Shown: piece by piece, positions 58,547 to 64,000 of the stretch | Numbering within the stretch: the first letter of the stretch is position 1 | Layout of the letters: every line of letters begins with the position of its first letter | IMG/VR virus record: IMGVR_UViG_3300010885_014582 | Coordinates: 30,014 to 94,013 of that record | DNA from: a virus | Length of the DNA: 64,000 nt | Strand: one strand, 5' to 3' | Translations under genes and position numbers: made by a program | Notes under the pieces: generated by a model | Told to the model about the DNA's origin: nothing | Seen by the model: the letters and a program-made list of their open reading frames with translations, nothing else | Database searches by the model: none

Positions 58547-58780
58547 ATGTCCACACGAATAAGTACACACTCTGTAAAAGCAGAGTCCATCAAAATAAGA
58601 GTTTCTTCTACTCAAGAGTCAGGTAGTGGTTTCGACATCACAGTCCATGATGATGAGGGAGCACGCACTTGCTTTCAATTGTTCCTTGCTGATGGTGACA
58701 CAGTCCGACAGGCTCTTGAGCAACTGTTGAACCAAGTCATTGCAGGCATCGTCACACTTGAAGTGCTGGGTAAGAAATGA
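58547..58780 (+). CDS. Early hypothetical protein
   Basis: Start MSTRIS after AAGGAGG. Confidence 0.7.
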   Translation: MSTRISTHSVKAESIKIRVSSTQESGSGFDITVHDDEGARTCFQLFLADGDTVRQALEQLLNQVIAGIVTLEVLGKK

Positions 58781-59067
58781 GCACAGACAAAGCACCTATC
58801 GGTATCGACTGTGCCGTGACATACCACGACAGTCCAGACGGTTACGAAGATGCATACATCTCGTTCTCGGAGGAATTACTCAACCATGAAGGCGAGCCAG
58901 CAGAGGAAGACATCTACGGCGTGCCCGACGATCGAATCTTCTTCTACTTCAACGCTGAACAGCAAGAGGCACTGGGCGTAGCAATCGCTGAGGACAAGGA
59001 CAAGTTCCACCTCGGAGAAGAGTGGTACATCGACCTCGAAGAGGGCTACACACTCGTCTACGAATAG
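58777..59067 (+). CDS. Highly acidic early protein
   Basis: ATGA overlap; Asp/Glu-rich. Confidence 0.75.
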   Translation: MSTDKAPIGIDCAVTYHDSPDGYEDAYISFSEELLNHEGEPAEEDIYGVPDDRIFFYFNAEQQEALGVAIAEDKDKFHLGEEWYIDLEEGYTLVYE

Positions 59068-59072
59068 ACAAT

Positions 59073-59178
59073 GGCATCACTGGCACACAGGTGCCAGTGG
59101 TGTCCTTAGAGGGCTTAGGAGTCGTCCTGAGCCTTGTAAGGGCATCGCCCAAAGCAACCACCACGACCTTAGGAGGTC
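59073..59178 (+). repeat. Three-hairpin structured element, copy 4
   Basis: GGCATCACTGGCAC/GTGCCAGTGGTGTC; CCTTAGAGGGCTTAGGA/TCCTGAGCCTTGTAAGG; GGGC/GCCC. Confidence 0.75.
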
Positions 59179-59180
59179 AC

Positions 59181-59615
59181 ATGAAAACCCAACTACTACT
59201 CACCATCGACCATCCAGATGATGTGCCTGCACATGACTTCATTGCTATCGCTATCAAGAGCGTGCTCAATGACATCAATGCAGACCTCGACGATGACTGG
59301 TCACTCACTGCCACCGACATTCAGCCACGCAACTACCAGTTCTTGCAGGACTACGCATTGAAGTGCTCACTCGAACACCACCTGTGCAATGTTGAAGAAC
59401 TCATCGATGAAGGGAAAGCACCTGCCGACATTCTTGATCTTGTAGAGGCTGGCTCCAATGACCCAGTGATCTGGGAGCGTTACGAATACGACCCACGAGA
59501 AGATGTCGTCGAGTCAATCGAAGATGCACGAGGTGTGCACCTCTTCAACTTCAGTGAACTACTCAAAGAAATCAACGGTGAACAATGGTTCACCAACTTC
59601 AAGGAAGGTAAGTAA
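59181..59615 (+). CDS. Acidic early protein
   Basis: Start MKTQLL after AGGAGG. Confidence 0.75.
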   Translation: MKTQLLLTIDHPDDVPAHDFIAIAIKSVLNDINADLDDDWSLTATDIQPRNYQFLQDYALKCSLEHHLCNVEELIDEGKAPADILDLVEAGSNDPVIWERYEYDPREDVVESIEDARGVHLFNFSELLKEINGEQWFTNFKEGK

Positions 59616-59617
59616 CA

Positions 59618-59950
59618 ATGAGCGATATAAAAATCGACGAGATAACCCAGTGGGAAGAGAAGTACAAGCCCATCGCTAACCACATCGACTCTGGCGCAAG
59701 TTGGACGAATGACAAGGGTGAGGGACTTATGTTCGAGACCTACGGTGCCGAAGAAGACTTCGTCCGCCAACAGCCAGACAACAATGTGTGGACATGGGTA
59801 GACGGTGATGGGGGATCATTCATCATCACTGGCATGGCGTTCGTGAATCGCATTGGTTACTTCGTGACCAGCGAGCCATGGACTGACCATGTCGAAGTAC
59901 AGGTCGACACATACGAAGACAGCGACGACGAAGACGACGAGGAATCATGA
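59618..59950 (+). CDS. Acidic early protein
   Basis: FETYG...VWT...VNRIGYFVT..PW pattern. Confidence 0.8.
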   Translation: MSDIKIDEITQWEEKYKPIANHIDSGASWTNDKGEGLMFETYGAEEDFVRQQPDNNVWTWVDGDGGSFIITGMAFVNRIGYFVTSEPWTDHVEVQVDTYEDSDDEDDEES

Positions 59951-60195
59951 AGACCAAACAATTAGAGAATTTCTGTGAGGCACTAGCAAGCCTCTACGAA
60001 TCAGAGTTATGCACGGCACCAGAGGACACTGAGACCGACTGGTGGCATGCATTCAATGAATACATCGATGTGAACCTTTGGTCAGATGGCGAGCGCTTGC
60101 TCGTCAGTGCCTATCGGTACACAGAAGACGGTCTCGACACAACCACCCATACCAACATCATCGACAAACAAATCAAACCAAGGAGTCAGCAATGA
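59947..60195 (+). CDS. Early hypothetical protein
   Basis: ATGA coupling. Confidence 0.7.
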   Translation: MKTKQLENFCEALASLYESELCTAPEDTETDWWHAFNEYIDVNLWSDGERLLVSAYRYTEDGLDTTTHTNIIDKQIKPRSQQ

Positions 60196-60557
60196 GTAAG
60201 ACCTACGATCACTTGCACAACATCCAGCAACGCCAACACGCACTGGAACAGCGCATCAACAACGCTGTGAAGGTTCGCATCTACCCACTTGACCTCATTG
60301 ATGAGCCAATGAGCGAGTGGGAATGGCATGTTGAAATAACTATCCCAAACAATCAGTGGGAGGACTCAGATGAAGATGGAAACTTCTTCGTCCACCGTGC
60401 AGGCATTGACGCTTTCTACTCCCTCGACGATGCGTTCAAATGGGCGTACAAGTGGTTGAATGGTCGTGGCTACGACCTCTCAAGCATTGAATTAAACCTC
60501 GACTCCATCTTCTGTGATGGCATTATCAAAAAACAACCAACAAGGAGCCAGCAATGA
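60192..60557 (+). CDS. Early hypothetical protein
   Basis: Start MSKTYD after AAGGAG. Confidence 0.7.
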   Translation: MSKTYDHLHNIQQRQHALEQRINNAVKVRIYPLDLIDEPMSEWEWHVEITIPNNQWEDSDEDGNFFVHRAGIDAFYSLDDAFKWAYKWLNGRGYDLSSIELNLDSIFCDGIIKKQPTRSQQ

Positions 60558-61447
60558 CTACACAAGTAACACCCAACAAACAACATGTAAACCATCCCTT
60601 CGACGGTCGATCCCGTGAAGGCAAGATTGCCAAGCAACTACGAAACCTCAAGGACTGGGATCACGCCGAGTACACCGAGACTTCAGTCAATGAATACGGC
60701 AGAGAAGTAGCCACCTACACCACTGAACTTGACTTGGTCATCGAAGATGCACACATCGAGGTGCTGAAGAAACTGGTTGAACTCAATGGCTCTGTCCCAC
60801 AGCAGTACTTGGTGACTCGTATTGTCATCGATGTCGTCAAAGATGAAGCCATCTCAATCACTTACAAGGAACTGGGAGTGCAAGAGAACGACGGACTCGA
60901 ACTCACTGTGAGCGGTAGTTCATCTACTGTGAAGCCTGACAGGTGGGAAGACCCACTAGGTTGGGCGTTCTGGCACAGGTTGGTCACTGCGTATCACACT
61001 GGTACTGCGTTCAACCTCGATGAGCAGACGCTTGCATACGGGCTGGAGTCACTTGCCAAACAGCAAGAGCGTCTAGCAAAGCGTGAAGCATTGCTGGCAA
61101 ACTTCGAGCCGTCATCTATTGACCTCAGGACAATTGCACGACTTGAAGAAGTTGTGGCGAATGATGACAAGCAAATATCAGGGTGGAGCGACTCTGAGAA
61201 GGCACTGAACGCAATCATCTGGGAAGGTGTTCGTTACTGTTCACGGTACGCACTGGAGTTCGCACACAAGACAACTTACGATGGTCGTCATTACATATTT
61301 GACACATCAGATCATCATGTCATCACTGTCACTGAGGCATACGGATACACCGTGTCTCACCTGCTGACCAGCAACAACGATCATGTGGTAGAGGCGCTAC
61401 AGCGTCAAGTACTTCAGTCATTCACCAAACTAATTCAGAGATGGTAA
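60554..61447 (+). CDS. Early hypothetical protein
   Basis: 297 aa, AAGGAG RBS, DGRSREGK motif. Confidence 0.75.
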   Translation: MTTQVTPNKQHVNHPFDGRSREGKIAKQLRNLKDWDHAEYTETSVNEYGREVATYTTELDLVIEDAHIEVLKKLVELNGSVPQQYLVTRIVIDVVKDEAISITYKELGVQENDGLELTVSGSSSTVKPDRWEDPLGWAFWHRLVTAYHTGTAFNLDEQTLAYGLESLAKQQERLAKREALLANFEPSSIDLRTIARLEEVVANDDKQISGWSDSEKALNAIIWEGVRYCSRYALEFAHKTTYDGRHYIFDTSDHHVITVTEAYGYTVSHLLTSNNDHVVEALQRQVLQSFTKLIQRW

Positions 61448-61457
61448 GGAGATAACC

Positions 61458-62003
61458 ATGGACGACACAATAACCAACTGCCCAGAATGCAAAGAGGAGT
61501 TCGACACACAAGAGTGTGGAGTGTTCTCAGAGATAAAGGGGGACTACTACTGCGAAGCGTGCTATCAAAACGACCTTGAGTATTCGTCCACCTTGATCGT
61601 GTTTGATCGTGGGGAGGTAAAGCGATACAACATCGGTGACCTCTTCCGTGTCAACGAATACGGTGACGATGCTTCCATCGAAGTCGAGCGCAAGTACACC
61701 TCAACTGATGCATGGCGTGGATTCCACAACACATCAGTGGTTGGTTCAGTCACTGTGCTCGATGGTTGGACTACTGGTGGCTGGGGTGACCCAGTCGCTG
61801 ACCGCAAGGCAGTGTTCAATGACTGGCTCGAAAACAATTTGGAGTATCCACCAGTGATCCCTTATTCTTTCTCTGTGAGCATCGACCCAACATCAAACCT
61901 CTTCTCATCATCCATAACTGTGCAGGTCGGCGCTGACAACGCTGATGACTTCAAGTTCTGGCTCGCTGAGGAACTAGACCAACTACAACAAGCACTCTCG
62001 TAA
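61458..62003 (+). CDS. Early protein with N-terminal zinc finger
   Basis: CPEC...YCEAC; STDAWRG. Confidence 0.75.
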   Translation: MDDTITNCPECKEEFDTQECGVFSEIKGDYYCEACYQNDLEYSSTLIVFDRGEVKRYNIGDLFRVNEYGDDASIEVERKYTSTDAWRGFHNTSVVGSVTVLDGWTTGGWGDPVADRKAVFNDWLENNLEYPPVIPYSFSVSIDPTSNLFSSSITVQVGADNADDFKFWLAEELDQLQQALS

Positions 62004-62014
62004 AGGAGATACCA

Positions 62015-62254
62015 ATGAAACAACCAACACTTACCTGCCTTGGTTTCAAGGCTGATGTCATTTGGGGAGGCTCTGGTGAGGTGTCACACATCTATGTGTC
62101 ACTCACCGATGCCACCAGCGAGTACTACATGACCAAGAGCGATCTTGACACATGGCTCAACGACCCAGAGCACTACTCATACATCCTTGCGTGCGAGTTC
62201 CTCTCACACTCAAATGAAATCGAATGGGTCTTCGACCTAGAGGAGGTTCAGTAA
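62015..62254 (+). CDS. Early hypothetical protein
   Basis: AAAGGAG RBS. Confidence 0.7.
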   Translation: MKQPTLTCLGFKADVIWGGSGEVSHIYVSLTDATSEYYMTKSDLDTWLNDPEHYSYILACEFLSHSNEIEWVFDLEEVQ

Positions 62255-62415
62255 TGCTGGAGCAACACATACAACTACATAAGTTTGTGGCGTCAATCGA
62301 TAAAGATTCGTTGCACACTGACTGGCATGTATCCGAACTGTGTCACATAATCGAAACACTCAATGAATCACTCGGTGAGTTAATTGAACTACTTGAAAAA
62401 GGAGAACAGAAATGA
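62254..62415 (+). CDS. Early hypothetical protein
   Basis: Start MLEQH, TAATG overlap, GGAGG. Confidence 0.6.
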   Translation: MLEQHIQLHKFVASIDKDSLHTDWHVSELCHIIETLNESLGELIELLEKGEQK

Positions 62416-62660
62416 CAATCATTATTCGTGACTACAAAGAGGGTGAAAATATCCCTGATGCAGAGAACAATATGTCTTACAGATATGAACAACTAGACGG
62501 GGCGGTGTATCTCCGTAGCGATGACATCACAGGTGCAGAGACCTATCTGCTTACTAACGGTACTGTAGCAGTCCTACAATCCATCGACCTTGAATGGGTG
62601 GAGCCACTTAACATCCGCCTTCTAATAACAAAACCAGTCCCACCAACAGAGGAGTACTGA
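62412..62660 (+). CDS. Early hypothetical protein
   Basis: AAGGAG RBS. Confidence 0.7.
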   Translation: MTIIIRDYKEGENIPDAENNMSYRYEQLDGAVYLRSDDITGAETYLLTNGTVAVLQSIDLEWVEPLNIRLLITKPVPPTEEY

Positions 62661-62661
62661 C

Positions 62662-62835
62662 ATGCCGTTGTACACAATGACATACGAAATAATCACCCGT
62701 CACATACATGAAGTAGAGGCTGACAGCGAATTTGAGGCAACGCTCAAGTTCGGCTGGAATGAATCTGTGTGTGTTGACACGACACAAGAAGTAATAGCAA
62801 CAGCAACCAAAGAAATAGAAAGGTCTCAGCGATGA
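62662..62835 (+). CDS. Small early protein with EVEAxxExEA motif
   Basis: Hand-translated MPLYTMTYEIITRHIHEVEADSEFEA... Confidence 0.65.
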   Translation: MPLYTMTYEIITRHIHEVEADSEFEATLKFGWNESVCVDTTQEVIATATKEIERSQR

Positions 62836-63077
62836 GCATATTCAAATTCAACATCCAGTGGACGCATGAAATCGAAGTCGAGGCAATCGATGAAGATGAA
62901 GCGTTCGAGATCGTCTACGGCGGAGTCATCCTTGATGACTACGGCAAGGGCAAGGGTTACTTATCTGTCGAACTAGAAGTAGACGACAGTGCAACCACAG
63001 AGTGGGGACTGTTTGACACAGACCCTGAAGAAGAAGACATCACCTACCTCAGCCTCAATGATGCTGAGTATCTCTAA
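62832..63077 (+). CDS. Acidic early protein with EVEAxDEDEA motif
   Basis: Motif shared with the previous gene. Confidence 0.7.
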   Translation: MSIFKFNIQWTHEIEVEAIDEDEAFEIVYGGVILDDYGKGKGYLSVELEVDDSATTEWGLFDTDPEEEDITYLSLNDAEYL

Positions 63078-63088
63078 GGAGAGAAACA

Positions 63089-63328
63089 ATGACAACAGAT
63101 AACCTCACCCTGTTCTGCCGAGAATGTCTCACGACATGGCATAACATCGATCCTGATACTGGCGTGTGCACTGTGTGTGAAACACCAAACATCTTGGAAC
63201 GATTCAAGTTCACCCTTGATTGCAGTCTCACTGGCTACGACCGCACTGACCTTGTCAGCGAGTTGCAGTTCTTCGTTGAACTTGCAATCGAGCGTGGTCT
63301 ACTCCCACAGGACACGGTGGTCATCTAA
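63089..63328 (+). CDS. Early zinc-finger protein
   Basis: CREC...CTVC. Confidence 0.7.
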   Translation: MTTDNLTLFCRECLTTWHNIDPDTGVCTVCETPNILERFKFTLDCSLTGYDRTDLVSELQFFVELAIERGLLPQDTVVI

Positions 63329-63552
63329 TGAGCATGACCGACCCAAGCCCGTACCTAAATAGACAAGAGGGATTCGAAGTCTGGTGGGCATCCGTTGGAT
63401 GTCTGCCAGATGCAGAGTCACCAGCGTTCATTGGAACTATCTCTGAGTGCATTGCTTACACGCAAGACGACCCAGATGGTTACTTCGACACCGTAGGTGA
63501 CTACAACCTTTATACATTCACCATTCAACCCCACAATCCTGAGGAGGACTAA
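63328..63552 (+). CDS. Early hypothetical protein
   Basis: GCLPD motif; TAATG coupling. Confidence 0.7.
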   Translation: MSMTDPSPYLNRQEGFEVWWASVGCLPDAESPAFIGTISECIAYTQDDPDGYFDTVGDYNLYTFTIQPHNPEED

Positions 63553-63555
63553 CAC

Positions 63556-63852
63556 ATGGGTTACTTAACCGCATACGACACATTCACGCAAGCAGGAGAC
63601 CTGAGTGAAGCACTCAGCATCCACTTCTCATCTAACTGCTATCCACCAGTGCCCCAGTACATGGTCGCTGTTGCTGTAGAGGCAATTGAGAATGTGCTCA
63701 ATGAAGAAGACTCTGCACCAATAGATCTTCCAGAAGGCGTCACATGGCGTGGAGAGCGCACTGTGCGTTCTCTGTCTGCCATTGAGTCACTGCACTTGGA
63801 AGCATTCGTGGATGCCCTGCTCGACGGGGAGTACGCAGATGAAGATCAGTAA
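63556..63852 (+). CDS. Acidic early protein
   Basis: HFSSNCYPPVP...IDLPEGV...HLEAF. Confidence 0.75.
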   Translation: MGYLTAYDTFTQAGDLSEALSIHFSSNCYPPVPQYMVAVAVEAIENVLNEEDSAPIDLPEGVTWRGERTVRSLSAIESLHLEAFVDALLDGEYADEDQ

Positions 63853-64000
63853 CTACGAAAAGTTTCGTAACCGAGTACTCATCCCACTGTCTGTCCCGTT
63901 CTACGCATTCGGTGCGTACCTTGGGCTGTTCATGAATGTGTACTTTCGTGGTCAACCGATCACCTTCATCGTGTCCTTTGCTTTAATCGGTACAGGCATG
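63839..64000 (+). CDS. Membrane protein (truncated by window edge)
   Basis: MKISNYEKFRNRVLIPLSVPFYAFGAYLGLF...; GGGGAG upstream. Confidence 0.55.
   Translation, partial: MKISNYEKFRNRVLIPLSVPFYAFGAYLGLFMNVYFRGQPITFIVSFALIGTGM

Noticed and set aside
53285-59178. Intrinsic terminators or a CRISPR array
   Set aside because: The elements are not followed by U-tracts and lead into RBSs. The copies are divergent and kilobases apart, with no regular repeat-spacer pattern and no cas genes.

Overview
This window is about 64 kb of a tailed dsDNA phage genome with a contractile tail (myovirus-type). An actinobacterial host is likely, inferred from leaderless TAnnnT promoters, an N4-gp56-type capsid with SPP1-type portal, and an HslV-like protease. 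Positions 1-51.9 kb are one minus-strand late arm. In coordinate order it holds baseplate, tape measure, tube and sheath, neck, capsid/scaffold/portal, an Ntn protease, terminase, a likely endolysin, and an adsorption module of collagen and Gly/His-rich fibres. That module is interleaved with a glycosyltransferase, a flavin-dependent halogenase and a 2OG-Fe(II) oxygenase. The arm ends in a cluster of small ADP-ribosyltransferase-like and GNAT genes. A non-coding switch at ~51.95-53.09 kb carries five CRP-like palindromes and a highly structured leader. It is followed by a GC-richer plus-strand early arm of small acidic proteins, a DUF6011 protein and an SNF2 helicase. The most notable observations are: (1) nine otherwise unrelated late proteins, including ART and GNAT enzymes, share a short xxQF motif, a candidate capsid-packaging signal for injected effectors; (2) a covarying three-hairpin RNA element is repeated four times ahead of early genes, and seven early Shine-Dalgarno sites sit in hairpins; (3) a fibre-tailoring enzyme cassette lies next to a very His-rich fibre; (4) a DnaA-box triplet; (5) a probable tail-chaperone frameshift. 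All calls come from motif recognition by eye; no database searches were run.
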